Positions 47,244-56,529 of a DNA stretch of 64,000 nt are shown here, piece after piece. Origin of the DNA: Candidatus Babeliales bacterium (GTDB lineage Bacteria > Babelota > Babeliae > Babelales > JBFXEV01); the NCBI GenBank assembly GCA_050179755.1, contig JBFXEV010000001.1, positions 1,065,994 to 1,129,993 of the forward strand, given 5' to 3'. The translations under genes and the position numbers were made by a program. The notes under the pieces are model-generated. The model searched no databases and was not told the origin of the DNA. It was given only the letters and a program-made list of their open reading frames with translations. Within the stretch, counting starts at the first letter, position 1; the number at the start of each line of letters is the position of its first letter.

Positions 47244-47846
47244 ATGCATGCAAAACGAGGAACATTTGTAGTGGCGTTGTTGGTACTAGCTGTAGCAGCT
47301 ACATCTGGAGTTTTTTTAATGAAAAAGACTACTTTTTTAGATAATTTGTGTGTGGGGAGTGCACGAGTAACAAGCGATGGATTTTCGTTTGCGGGTGCAG
47401 CGCATCTTGCACATAAAACAATCGCATCATTGCATGGTGCTGGGTCAGTAATTCTTGACACGGTGATTGTACAAGAAGTGGCAGAAGTTAGTGGGTCACT
47501 AAAAGCAAAGGGTGGTGGCTTTGGCAGTATAAAAGTTAGTGGGTCAGTTATATTAGCAGATACAGCAGTTTCTGGGTTAACGCATGTGATAGGTAGTTTA
47601 CATGCTACGCATACAGTGTTTGCAGATATTGAGTGTACATCAAACAAGATTATCCTCTCTTTTTGCACGGCAGATTCCATTATTATGAATGCGCCAGAGG
47701 GTTTTACTGAACCATTGATTGTTGAATTAATTGGTACAACCATTTCTGTTGATATTATGTTTAATGGCGCTCAGGGGAGAGTCATTTTGCAAGATGGCGC
47801 AGCAGTTAATGGCAAAATTATTAATGGTGTTTCAGTATATTCTTGA
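47244..47846 (+). CDS. Membrane-anchored beta-solenoid protein, paralog of 45791..46396
   Basis: FSFAGAAHLAHKTIASLHGAGS vs FSFSGSAKIADKTIPSLSGAGS; ends GAAVNGKIING. Confidence 0.65.
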   Translation: MHAKRGTFVVALLVLAVAATSGVFLMKKTTFLDNLCVGSARVTSDGFSFAGAAHLAHKTIASLHGAGSVILDTVIVQEVAEVSGSLKAKGGGFGSIKVSGSVILADTAVSGLTHVIGSLHATHTVFADIECTSNKIILSFCTADSIIMNAPEGFTEPLIVELIGTTISVDIMFNGAQGRVILQDGAAVNGKIINGVSVYS

Positions 47847-48026
47847 TTTCAAAATCATAATTACTAAAAACGATGCAACTTTGTAATTATGCGGAGATAA
47901 AGATCTTATATAGATACGTGGGTACTAATTGTGCAAGTACATTTAGTGAAAGTATAAAGAAGCCTTAGGTACGTTATAATTTAGCATTGATGAGATTCAT
48001 AGACTGCAAATGAGCGAAAGCAAAAA

Positions 48027-48410
48027 ATGAAAGTGTTATTAATTGTACTGATTTGTTCTCTATCTTGTTATGCTTACGGGATGCAAGAGAACTTGTGCGA
48101 TGCTACAAAGAAAAGTAGTAAAGAAATAGTGAAAATGCTTATTGCTGCCAAACCCGAACAACAAACTCCAGATAATCTTGAAGATTCCAGACGTAGGCTT
48201 GTTGAAGCTGGTGTTATTGCTGTTGCTGCATTGAAAAAGAAGGCACCTCATGCTAAAAAACGTGGATTATCGAGAGAAATCATTCAAAAAATTGCGAGTC
48301 ACAAATACTTACCAGCTATTGTACATTTAGATACGTTTATTGGAGGCCCGGATTTAATTTGGGACATGAACCCCCGCTTGCAGCGCGTGGTGCAAATTAT
48401 TGCGCAGTAA
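48027..48410 (+). CDS. Secreted hypothetical protein with one degenerate ankyrin-like segment
   Basis: Signal ending YAYG-M; LCDATKKSSKEIVKMLIAA. Confidence 0.6.
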   Translation: MKVLLIVLICSLSCYAYGMQENLCDATKKSSKEIVKMLIAAKPEQQTPDNLEDSRRRLVEAGVIAVAALKKKAPHAKKRGLSREIIQKIASHKYLPAIVHLDTFIGGPDLIWDMNPRLQRVVQIIAQ

Positions 48411-49152
48411 ACGATCTGACCCATTTTTGCACTCGTTCTTCAACAATATCCCAATTAATGGCATCCCAAAATACTTGCAAATATGGTGAGCGCTGTATGC
48501 CAAAATCAATCATATACGCATGTTCATACACATCTAAAACCAAGAGTGGCATTGCAAGCACGGGAACATGCTGATTATGTTCTTCAAGCACATAATTATG
48601 CACTAATTTATCATCGAGTGAATAGCAGGTGAGCACCCAGCCGCGTGCACTGTTGCCACTTGCCATAAAATCTTGTTTAAACGCTTCTAAACTACCAAAG
48701 CTATCGATAATTAATTTTTCTGTGAGCGGCCCCATTTTTGTAGGCTTTGGTGAAAGATTTTCAAAATATAATTCATGTAAAATTGAACCATTCACCGCAT
48801 AGGTTTCTGCAATTTTGAGTGATCTAAAATGAGAGTATGTTCTGCTTTTTGCGTTTATACGGTCTGCTGTTTCTAATGCTTTTGCAATTTCATTGCGGCT
48901 TTTTACATAACCTGCGTAAAGTGTCATGTGCTGTTTGAGCTGGCTTGCACTTAAACCGTCAATTTTGCCTGCAATATCAAATTCTTTTACACTGTACTGT
49001 GTTGGAACATTCGTGATTGTTTCTTGTGTAATTGAGGCAGGAATTTCTGGTGGGGTTGCAGGATCATGTTTCCATTTGAGCGTGAGTGTGAGTGCAATAA
49101 GTGCAAAGAGTGCTGCAATAATAAGATAGGTACGTGATCCATTGAGCTTCAT
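48397..49152 (-). CDS. Fe/Mn superoxide dismutase with N-terminal membrane anchor
   Basis: QH.TLYAGYV, NGSILHELYFENL, DSFGS, LDVYEHAY, INWD.V. Confidence 0.92.
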   Translation of the reverse strand: MKLNGSRTYLIIAALFALIALTLTLKWKHDPATPPEIPASITQETITNVPTQYSVKEFDIAGKIDGLSASQLKQHMTLYAGYVKSRNEIAKALETADRINAKSRTYSHFRSLKIAETYAVNGSILHELYFENLSPKPTKMGPLTEKLIIDSFGSLEAFKQDFMASGNSARGWVLTCYSLDDKLVHNYVLEEHNQHVPVLAMPLLVLDVYEHAYMIDFGIQRSPYLQVFWDAINWDIVEERVQKWVRSFTAQ

Positions 49153-49178
49153 CTTTTTTTTGTCCTTTTTTGTAAAAA

Positions 49179-49203
49179 TAAGCCCTGCGTTATGCAGGGC
49201 TTA
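49179..49203 (-). terminator. Rho-independent terminator of the Cys-rich lipoprotein gene
   Basis: taagccctgc-gttat-gcagggctta with U-tail on minus. Confidence 0.8.
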
Positions 49204-49223
49204 CTCATAGTGTTCAAAATTGC

Positions 49224-49469
49224 TTATGCAAAATCTTCTTTTTCCCAATTTACATTGGCAGAATGTGACCCTGAAACGCGTTGTTGTTGAGGAGCTACGT
49301 GTGCTACTTCACATACTTCTTCTTTGCAACAGTCTGTTTGATTGTCGCAGCGTTCTTCACATGCTTGTTCGTGGCAAGCTTCAGGCGGGCAGCTACGCTT
49401 GTTGCAGCAACCGCAACCTGCTAGCAATGCAAGCAGTGAAAGGGTAGAAATTATTGAAAATTTTTTCAT
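49224..49469 (-). CDS. Small cysteine-rich lipoprotein
   Basis: AAGGA RBS, lipobox LAG-C, 10 Cys in the mature part. Confidence 0.8.
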   Translation of the reverse strand: MKKFSIISTLSLLALLAGCGCCNKRSCPPEACHEQACEERCDNQTDCCKEEVCEVAHVAPQQQRVSGSHSANVNWEKEDFA

Positions 49470-49527
49470 AATGGTTCCTTAATGGTTAATTAATTTCATG
49501 TGTTAAAAGAATAAAATATTTTATTAA

Positions 49528-50700
49528 TTATCGCAAGTAGGTAAATAATGAAAGTACTAATGTTGCAAGCACGGGTATCTTGACTGGTTTAAATCCAAAT
49601 ATTTTATAGGCTAGATTACAAAACATAAGCACTATCAATATGGGATAACCAACTTCAATAAATGGTGCTGAATATTTAAGAATTGCATCGAGCCCCGAAT
49701 ATGAAATAACAAACGTTGCAATGAGCGTGATAAGTAGTGCGGTGGAATATGCTAACTTTCGCTTAAATACAACTGTGTGTAGATAATCAGCAAATACAGC
49801 AGCAAGCGCAATAATGGTAGAAAAACATGCCATAAGAACCGCTGTGCTTATAACAAATGCTCCATGTGCGCCTAGAACTTGAAATGAAATGGCGCTAAAC
49901 AGTTGCCCTTCATTCTTGGCAAGGGAGATTTGTTCGCCGCTGCCAAAGTAAGCGCCTAAATAGCTTAAGCCAAGATAAATCAGGCCAAGAAGAGCAGTTC
50001 CTATTGCGCCTGCTTTTAGGCTGATGAGCGCAAGCTCTTGTTGATCTGCTTTGTTATTTTTCTCAGCAAAGTTTTGCTTTAAAATAGTGAGTACTATTGA
50101 GCCAAAGAATATGCCCGCAAGCACGTCAAGAGTTTGATAGCCATATTTAATATTTTGCCAGATTAAAGTAAGTGTAGGAATTTGAGGGTTTTGAGTTACG
50201 CCAATACCCATTATTGCTTTGCCAATAATAATGAGTAATGAAACGAGTAATATCGGGCTTATAATGTTGCCTAATACGTCCATAATTTTATTTTCTCGTA
50301 CTGTTGCCAAGAACGTGGCCCCTAAAAATACAAGGCTAAACAGTTCCATAGATACTGAAGGTATAAAGGGTGAAATCATGGTATATGATAAAGTGACAAT
50401 ACGTGGCATAGCAATGAGAGGCCCTACGGTGAGCAAACAAGCAAGTGCCATAAGAGTGCCGGGATAGGTGCCAAGTCTATTAAAAAATGCTTCGTAATCA
50501 CCATTAAATAAAATAATAGTTACAATGCCCACAAGCGGGAGTAAAATCGCAGTGATCATAAACGCGCTGATAGCAATAAGATATTGTGAACCTGCTGTTA
50601 AACCCACATTGATAGGGAACATTAAATTACCTGCGCCAAAGAGCATAGAGAATATTGCAAGACTTGTAGTTATTAAGAGAGAACTCATCAGTTTTTTCAT
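49528..50700 (-). CDS. brnQ: Branched-chain amino-acid:cation symporter
   Basis: FSMLFGAGNLMFP, GPLIAMPR, GYQTLD, LMACFST. Confidence 0.95.
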   Translation of the reverse strand: MKKLMSSLLITTSLAIFSMLFGAGNLMFPINVGLTAGSQYLIAISAFMITAILLPLVGIVTIILFNGDYEAFFNRLGTYPGTLMALACLLTVGPLIAMPRIVTLSYTMISPFIPSVSMELFSLVFLGATFLATVRENKIMDVLGNIISPILLVSLLIIIGKAIMGIGVTQNPQIPTLTLIWQNIKYGYQTLDVLAGIFFGSIVLTILKQNFAEKNNKADQQELALISLKAGAIGTALLGLIYLGLSYLGAYFGSGEQISLAKNEGQLFSAISFQVLGAHGAFVISTAVLMACFSTIIALAAVFADYLHTVVFKRKLAYSTALLITLIATFVISYSGLDAILKYSAPFIEVGYPILIVLMFCNLAYKIFGFKPVKIPVLATLVLSLFTYLR

Positions 50701-50935
50701 TGGTATCCTTTAATCAAAACAATAGAGAATTTGGAAAAAGAGGGCGATAAATTAGTATCAAATAATGAGCTTTTAGTATATCGCAACTTACCTATATCTG
50801 CAAACTACGCGTAATGCAAGATCAGTTCTTGATTTATACGCATGATTGTTGCATTTATGCAGCCCGATATTTTATACTTACACTAAGTACGTTAAAATGA
50901 AGCGTATACGATTCAATCACTAATGGAGGTTAGTA

Positions 50936-53452
50936 ATGAAAAAAAGTTATATACTATGTATTGTGGTTATTGCCGCGATCAGAACAGGGTTCTGTTTTGG
51001 TCATCAACAAGATCTTGATCGTTTAGGAAATTTAAATATGCACTACGTAAAACCATTTCAAGAACTGGGCATTGATGATGTACCTTTAGTTGGCGGTAAG
51101 AATGCTTCACTTGGTCAAATGATTCAGGGTCTTACAAAAGAAGGGTTGCGTATCCCTGATGGATTTGCAATAACCGCACAAGGCTATTGGCATTTTATTA
51201 AGCATAATAATTTAATTGAAAAACTTAAAAAAGTTGCGCAGCAGCTACAAGATCCATCTGATCTTACCATGCTCCAAAAAGTGGGCCATGAAATGCGGGC
51301 GCTTGTGGAATCTGGTACCTTGCCCGAAGACTTGCGTACAGAAATTGTCAGTGCATATCAGGCACTTTCGCAAGAATATGGCACGCAAAATTGTGATGTT
51401 GCGGTGCGTTCATCGGCAACTGCCGAAGATTTGCCGGAAGCTTCTTTTGCAGGGCAACAAGAAACTTATTTGAATGTACATGGGCAAGATGATCTTCTTA
51501 AAAGCGTAATTAAATGTTTTGCCTCGCTTTTTACTGATCGCGCGATTGTGTATCGCATGGAAAAAGGGTTTGATCAATTTGAAGTTGGCCTTTCGGTGGG
51601 TGTGCAAAAGATGATTAGATCTGATCTTGCCTGTTCAGGTGTAATGTTTACGCTTGATACGGAGACTGGTTTTAAAGACATGATTATGATTAATGGTGCC
51701 TACGGCCTTGGTGAAGCAATAGTACAAGGCATTGTAAATCCAGACGAATATCGTGTGTATAAACCAACACTCAAACAAGGGTTTTCACCAATTGTTAAAA
51801 AAAGTGTAGGCAGCAAAACAATTAAAATGGTGTATGCCGAAAAAGGTGCTTCGCTCATACAAAAAATTGATGTTCCTGACGAAGAGCAAGTGCTATTTTG
51901 TTTGAACAATCAAGAAATATTAGAACTGGCACGTGCTGGTTTGATTATTGAACAATATTATTCTGATCGGAATGGCCGTTGGACTCCTATGGATATTGAA
52001 TGGGCCAAAGACGGTAAAGATGGCAAGTTATATATTTTGCAAGCACGCCCTGAGACCGTGCATGCTGCAGATCAAGATAACGTAGTGCATCAATATAAAT
52101 TTATTGATGTGAAAGAAGACCAACTCAAGCAACAATTGATTGTGACGGGCCAAAGTGTTGGTCAGGAAATTGCTTCTGGCAAAGCTCGAGTAGTAGAATC
52201 TATACATGATATAGCTCGTTTTAATAAAGGTGATGTTCTGGTTACCGATATGACCGACCCTGATTGGGTGCCTGTTATGAAAAAAGCATCTGCCATTGTT
52301 ACCAATCGTGGCGGCAGAACGTGCCACGCAGCAATTGTTTCTCGTGAGCTTGGCATTAGTGCGGTAATTGGTGCTGATGGCGCTACTGATACGATTAAAG
52401 ATGGCCAGGAAATTACTATAGATTGCAGTAAGGGTGAAACGGGTTACGTATACAATGGGCTTATTCCTTTTGAAGTAGAGACTATAAAGCTTGATGCGCT
52501 TCCTGAATTGCCTGTAAAATTAATGGTTAATTGTGCTGATCCTGATCGTGCATTAACTTTATCATTCTTGCCTGTCTCAGGTGTGGGCCTTGCACGACTT
52601 GAATTTGTTATTAGCAATTGGATTAAAATGCACCCCATGGTGGCTATTAAACCAGACGTGCTTAAAGGCGCAGAAGAACAAGCTGCCATTAAAGAATTAA
52701 CAGCTGCCTATAATGGTGATATTAAGAAGTTCTTTGTAGATTCTCTTGCGCAAGGTATTGCAAGTATTGCAGCAGCGTTTTATCCCCGCCCTATCATTGT
52801 GCGATTTTCTGATTTTAAGAGTAACGAATATTTTAACTTACTTGGTGGTAAATATTTTGAGCCCGATGAAGAAAACCCTATGATCGGCTTTCGTGGTGCT
52901 TCTCGTTATTATTCACCGCATTACCAGCCTGCTTTTGAGCTTGAATGCCAAGCAATGAAAAAAGTGCGTGATGATATGGGGCTCACCAACGTATGGGCAA
53001 TGATTCCATTTGTACGTACCGTAACTGAAGGGCAGAAAGTGCTTGAAGTTATGAAGAATCAAGGCCTTGAAAAAGGTAAAAATGGTTTAAAAGTGATTAT
53101 GATGTGTGAAATACCTTCAAATGTAATTTTAGCCGATGAATTTCTAAAAACATTTGATGGTTTTTCTATTGGTTCAAATGATTTAACGCAAATGACATTG
53201 GCAGTTGACCGTGATTCTGCATTACTTGCGCCTCTTTTTGATGAGCGTGATGCGGCAGTTAAAAAAATGCTCGAGCTTGCAGTTGAAGCTTGCAATCGCC
53301 ATGACAAATACAGCGGCATCTGTGGGCAAGCACCGTCAGATCATCCAGAGATTGCACAATTCTTGATTGATAAAGGGATTGGATCATTGTCGCTTAATGC
53401 TGACACGGTGATGCCGTTTATCGTACGCTTTAGTAAGCGCGGTAAGAACTAA
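50936..53452 (+). CDS. ppsA: Phosphoenolpyruvate synthase (with about 34-aa signal-like extension)
   Basis: VGGKNASLG, AVRSSATAEDLP.ASFAGQQ, GGRTCHAAI phospho-His, EENPMIGFRG, GFSIGSNDLTQ. Confidence 0.97.
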   Translation: MKKSYILCIVVIAAIRTGFCFGHQQDLDRLGNLNMHYVKPFQELGIDDVPLVGGKNASLGQMIQGLTKEGLRIPDGFAITAQGYWHFIKHNNLIEKLKKVAQQLQDPSDLTMLQKVGHEMRALVESGTLPEDLRTEIVSAYQALSQEYGTQNCDVAVRSSATAEDLPEASFAGQQETYLNVHGQDDLLKSVIKCFASLFTDRAIVYRMEKGFDQFEVGLSVGVQKMIRSDLACSGVMFTLDTETGFKDMIMINGAYGLGEAIVQGIVNPDEYRVYKPTLKQGFSPIVKKSVGSKTIKMVYAEKGASLIQKIDVPDEEQVLFCLNNQEILELARAGLIIEQYYSDRNGRWTPMDIEWAKDGKDGKLYILQARPETVHAADQDNVVHQYKFIDVKEDQLKQQLIVTGQSVGQEIASGKARVVESIHDIARFNKGDVLVTDMTDPDWVPVMKKASAIVTNRGGRTCHAAIVSRELGISAVIGADGATDTIKDGQEITIDCSKGETGYVYNGLIPFEVETIKLDALPELPVKLMVNCADPDRALTLSFLPVSGVGLARLEFVISNWIKMHPMVAIKPDVLKGAEEQAAIKELTAAYNGDIKKFFVDSLAQGIASIAAAFYPRPIIVRFSDFKSNEYFNLLGGKYFEPDEENPMIGFRGASRYYSPHYQPAFELECQAMKKVRDDMGLTNVWAMIPFVRTVTEGQKVLEVMKNQGLEKGKNGLKVIMMCEIPSNVILADEFLKTFDGFSIGSNDLTQMTLAVDRDSALLAPLFDERDAAVKKMLELAVEACNRHDKYSGICGQAPSDHPEIAQFLIDKGIGSLSLNADTVMPFIVRFSKRGKN

Positions 53453-53476
53453 AAAACGAGTAGTAAAAATACTAAT

Positions 53477-53507
53477 GGGCGGATCAATGCCTTAGCAAGA
53501 TCCGCCC
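53477..53507. terminator. Hairpin between convergent ppsA and 53526..53843
   Basis: gggcggatc...gatccgccc inverted repeat. Confidence 0.7.
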
Positions 53508-53525
53508 AATTTATTGAGAAGTTTT

Positions 53526-53843
53526 TTATCGATTGGTTCTGCAAACAGAAGTGCATGCGCGTTGCTCTGGTTCACATTGTTCTGATGGTTGATAGCGCAC
53601 AATTTCAAGAGCCCGCGGTGCGCGATAATGCCAACATTGCTCGCAGCGGCCACGATTGAATGAATGGCGGTATCTGCTGCATGGGCAATTACATTGTACG
53701 TGATGATATTTTTTAAAGTCAGGGCCACATGAACGATCTAAATGAAAGCTATTATCCATGCAATCAATATCAGCGCGCATGCGTGTACTAAAAAGAATTA
53801 ATAAAATATTGAATAATAAAAAGAGCCAGACGTATCGCTTCAT
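53526..53843 (-). CDS. Small secreted cysteine-rich protein
   Basis: Signal peptide; C.CPC...C..C.H.R.P motif. Confidence 0.75.
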   Translation of the reverse strand: MKRYVWLFLLFNILLILFSTRMRADIDCMDNSFHLDRSCGPDFKKYHHVQCNCPCSRYRHSFNRGRCEQCWHYRAPRALEIVRYQPSEQCEPEQRACTSVCRTNR

Positions 53844-53909
53844 GATAATCTCCATTTAGATTTTGCTTCTACAATGAGTATATCACGAAAAAAATTCTAA
53901 TAGCAATAA

Positions 53910-54827
53910 CTATAGGACGCGTTCCATAATTTTAGCGGGCTTCACCATAAACTGCTCTAGTTGCTCAAGTTCTTTAAAGTATGCTCGAATTTCAGCGCTA
54001 TACCGCGGATCTTGTAAAGCAAAGCTTATATTTGCTTTTAACCACCCTGCGGGTGTGCCAATGTCATAACGTGTACCTTGTACTTTATACGCAAATACTT
54101 TTTCACCATTGCGCATCATATTGGCAATACCATCAGTTAATTGTAATTCGCCAGAGAAATCAGTTTCAATTTCTTCAAGCGCGGGAAACAGCTTGTGCGA
54201 AAGTATGTAACGCCCCACTATGGCCAAATTGGAAGGCGTATCTTTTTCTGCTGGTTTTTCAACCAAGTGAGATACTTGGAATAATTGTGGGGTAAATTGC
54301 TTTTTTATGCCTACCATGCCGTAGTGGTGTGATTTATCGGTAGGAACTTCTGCTACCGCAATAACGCTGGCTTTTTCTTGACGAGCAATGCGCATAAGTT
54401 GATCAAGAGCGGGAATTTTTGAAACAATAATATCATCTGGCAAGCAAACGCCAAAATATTCTTTATTAATGGAATGTCGCGCGCGCCAAATGGCATGCCC
54501 TAGCCCGCGTGGTTCTGCTTGGCGAATATAGGTAAAGTTGGCAATAGTTGCAATTCGCTCTATATCGGCGAGTGCACTTAATTTTGCTTTATCTTTTAAG
54601 AATAGATCAAGTTCAAAATTATGATCAAAGTAATTTGCCATGTCATGGCTGCGTTTGTTGGTGATCACGAAGAAATTATCAATGCCAGATTGCATGCCTT
54701 CGTCTACTATGTAATGGAGGGCAGGCTTATTGAGCAAGGGCAGCATCTCCTTGGGTATTGTTTTGGTGCAAGGCATAAACCGTGTGCCAAGTCCTGCTGC
54801 AGGAATAATTGCTTTAATGATCTCCAT
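53910..54827 (-). CDS. galU: UTP--glucose-1-phosphate uridylyltransferase
   Basis: KAIIPAAGLGTRF.P.TK..PKEMLP, QAEPRGLGHA, VEKP, GELQLTD. Confidence 0.96.
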   Translation of the reverse strand: MEIIKAIIPAAGLGTRFMPCTKTIPKEMLPLLNKPALHYIVDEGMQSGIDNFFVITNKRSHDMANYFDHNFELDLFLKDKAKLSALADIERIATIANFTYIRQAEPRGLGHAIWRARHSINKEYFGVCLPDDIIVSKIPALDQLMRIARQEKASVIAVAEVPTDKSHHYGMVGIKKQFTPQLFQVSHLVEKPAEKDTPSNLAIVGRYILSHKLFPALEEIETDFSGELQLTDGIANMMRNGEKVFAYKVQGTRYDIGTPAGWLKANISFALQDPRYSAEIRAYFKELEQLEQFMVKPAKIMERVL

Positions 54828-54843
54828 AAAAACTCCTTAATGA

Positions 54844-55878
54844 TCAAAATTGCTGTAGAAAATTTACTTTCGCGCTATGCAGCAAGCGAATGTCATTGAT
54901 ACCGTATTTAAGCATAGCCAGGCGTGTGATACCAAAACCAAAAGCAAAGCCGCTATATACTGTTGGATCAATATTTACACTTTTGAGTACGTGAGGGTGA
55001 ATCATGCCCGCGCCAGCAATTTCAATCCAGCGAGATTGTTTGCAAGTTGCGCAACCATTTGAACAGAATGGGCATGACATACAAATATCAAGGCCAGGTT
55101 CTACAAACGGGAAATAGCTGGGTCCAACGCGAATTTCCAATTTTTTGTCTTCAAAAATAGCTTGTAAAAATGTTTTTACCGTAGCAAGTAAATTGCTTAC
55201 TGATACATTCTTATCAATAAATAATCCTTCAAGTTGCATAAACACAAAATCATGCGATGCATCTGTAGCTTCGTGTCTATAGCATCTACCGGGAGCAATT
55301 ACTGCAAGAGGTAATTCATGTTGTTCCATGGCATGCACTTGCACAGGAGACGTATGTGTTCTTAATAATAAATCAGGGACATTTAGATAAAAAGTATCCC
55401 ACATATCACGTGCAGGGTGATCGGCAGGAATATTTAGTGCTTCAAAATTATAAAAGGTTGTTTCAACTTCTGGACCATCTGCAATGCGATACCCCATAGA
55501 GATAAAGACGTCTTCTATATGATCAACAATTTGCGTAATAGGGTGTATGCTGCCTGAAAGTGTGCCGGGCGTATAAGAAGTAACATCAAAATACTGCTGT
55601 TTTTTTAATTCTTCTTGAACGCTAAGTACATCTAAAGCTTTAAGTTTTTGGTCAAATGATGCTGTAAGCTCTTCTTTAAGTGCATTAAGAAGCGGTCCCA
55701 TTTCTCGTTTTTCTTCGACTGATGCATTTTTAAGGTGGCCCATCAGCTCTGTAAGGGTGCCTTGGCGCCCCAGATAGGTCACGCGAACTGCTTCAAGAGC
55801 ACTTGCATCTTGAGCTGCTGCGAGCGCATTATTAAAGGCTTTTTTTGTATTGGTTATTAATTCTTTAAGAGATTTCAT
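54844..55878 (-). CDS. pheS: Phenylalanine--tRNA ligase alpha subunit
   Basis: NFEALNIPADHPARDMWDTFY, LLRTHTSPVQ, YFPFVEP, GFAFGFG. Confidence 0.98.
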   Translation of the reverse strand: MKSLKELITNTKKAFNNALAAAQDASALEAVRVTYLGRQGTLTELMGHLKNASVEEKREMGPLLNALKEELTASFDQKLKALDVLSVQEELKKQQYFDVTSYTPGTLSGSIHPITQIVDHIEDVFISMGYRIADGPEVETTFYNFEALNIPADHPARDMWDTFYLNVPDLLLRTHTSPVQVHAMEQHELPLAVIAPGRCYRHEATDASHDFVFMQLEGLFIDKNVSVSNLLATVKTFLQAIFEDKKLEIRVGPSYFPFVEPGLDICMSCPFCSNGCATCKQSRWIEIAGAGMIHPHVLKSVNIDPTVYSGFAFGFGITRLAMLKYGINDIRLLHSAKVNFLQQF

Positions 55879-55904
55879 AAATTCCCTGCGGGTGTTGTTG
55901 ATGC

Positions 55905-56047
55905 AGTGAGTTTACCAAACAAAATGGTGATGAGCAAGCAATATAGGTCCGCCGTCGCGCTTACTGCGCTATGGCGTGACACTCTACGCCTTAGCTCTAA
56001 AGGAGCGGCGGCGAGTGAGTTTACCAAACAAAATGGTGATGAGCAAG
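55905..56047. repeat. Palindromic element flanked by a 34-bp exact direct repeat
   Basis: agtgagtttaccaaacaaaatggtgatgagcaag at 55905-55938 and 56014-56047. Confidence 0.9.
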
Positions 56048-56096
56048 GATCGAGGCTAGTAAACCTGCGGTAACGTGTTTGTTGGATGAAAAAACG

Positions 56097-56129
56097 TTGA
56101 CAAAAGAACAGGGGCGGGTATGATATATA
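56097..56129 (+). promoter_or_regulatory. tRNA-Phe promoter
   Basis: TTGACA (56097) with TATGAT at 16 nt, plus extended TGn-TATAAT (56121-56129). Confidence 0.7.
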
Positions 56130-56146
56130 ACATATTTTTAAGTAAT

Positions 56147-56221
56147 GCCGAGGTAGCTCAGTGGTAGAGCGTAAGCCTGAAGAGCTTAGCGTCGGGGGTT
56201 CAATTCCCTCTCTCGGCACCA
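56147..56221 (+). tRNA. tRNA-Phe (GAA)
   Basis: GCCGAGG acceptor stem, anticodon arm taagc-ctGAAga-gctta, GGTTCAATTCC T-arm, encoded CCA. Confidence 0.97.
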
Positions 56222-56284
56222 CTCGCCTACGCTCCGTAGGAGCTACGGCGTAGTGCCACGCCATAGCGCTTTGCGCGACGGCGG
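56220..56284. repeat. Palindromic element, inverted copy of 55949..56017
   Basis: Reverse complement ccgccgtcgcgc-aaa-gcgctatggcgtggcactacgccgtagctcctacggagcgtaggcgagtg closely matches the upstream copy. Confidence 0.85.
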
Positions 56285-56529
56285 GCAGTCTGCCAACCCC
56301 CCAAGCAAAAGTTTGTTCACGGCACGGGTCAGTTCCGTATAAAAAAACAACACGCTAAACGCGCTCAACATTTATCTATTTTTTAGGTATAATTCTTATG
56401 TTACTAAAAATATTTTGATCAAATACTATGCATTCTCTTGCAAATTGATTCTCAAATATACTATTATCTAGTTTGTAGCAACTTAAGCTAACATTTATTT
56501 AATTATTTAATCTACTGGAGAGTAAGATT

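Noticed and set aside
45757..47743. Long antisense ORFs 45757..46374 and 47231..47743
   Set aside because: Shadow frames of the + strand beta-solenoid paralogs, which have RBSs and TM leaders.
55879..56140. T-box or Phe leader peptide upstream of pheS
   Set aside because: No T-box consensus or Phe-codon run recognised on the minus strand.
55875..56264. 129-aa minus-strand ORF
   Set aside because: Antisense of tRNA-Phe and the palindromic repeats.
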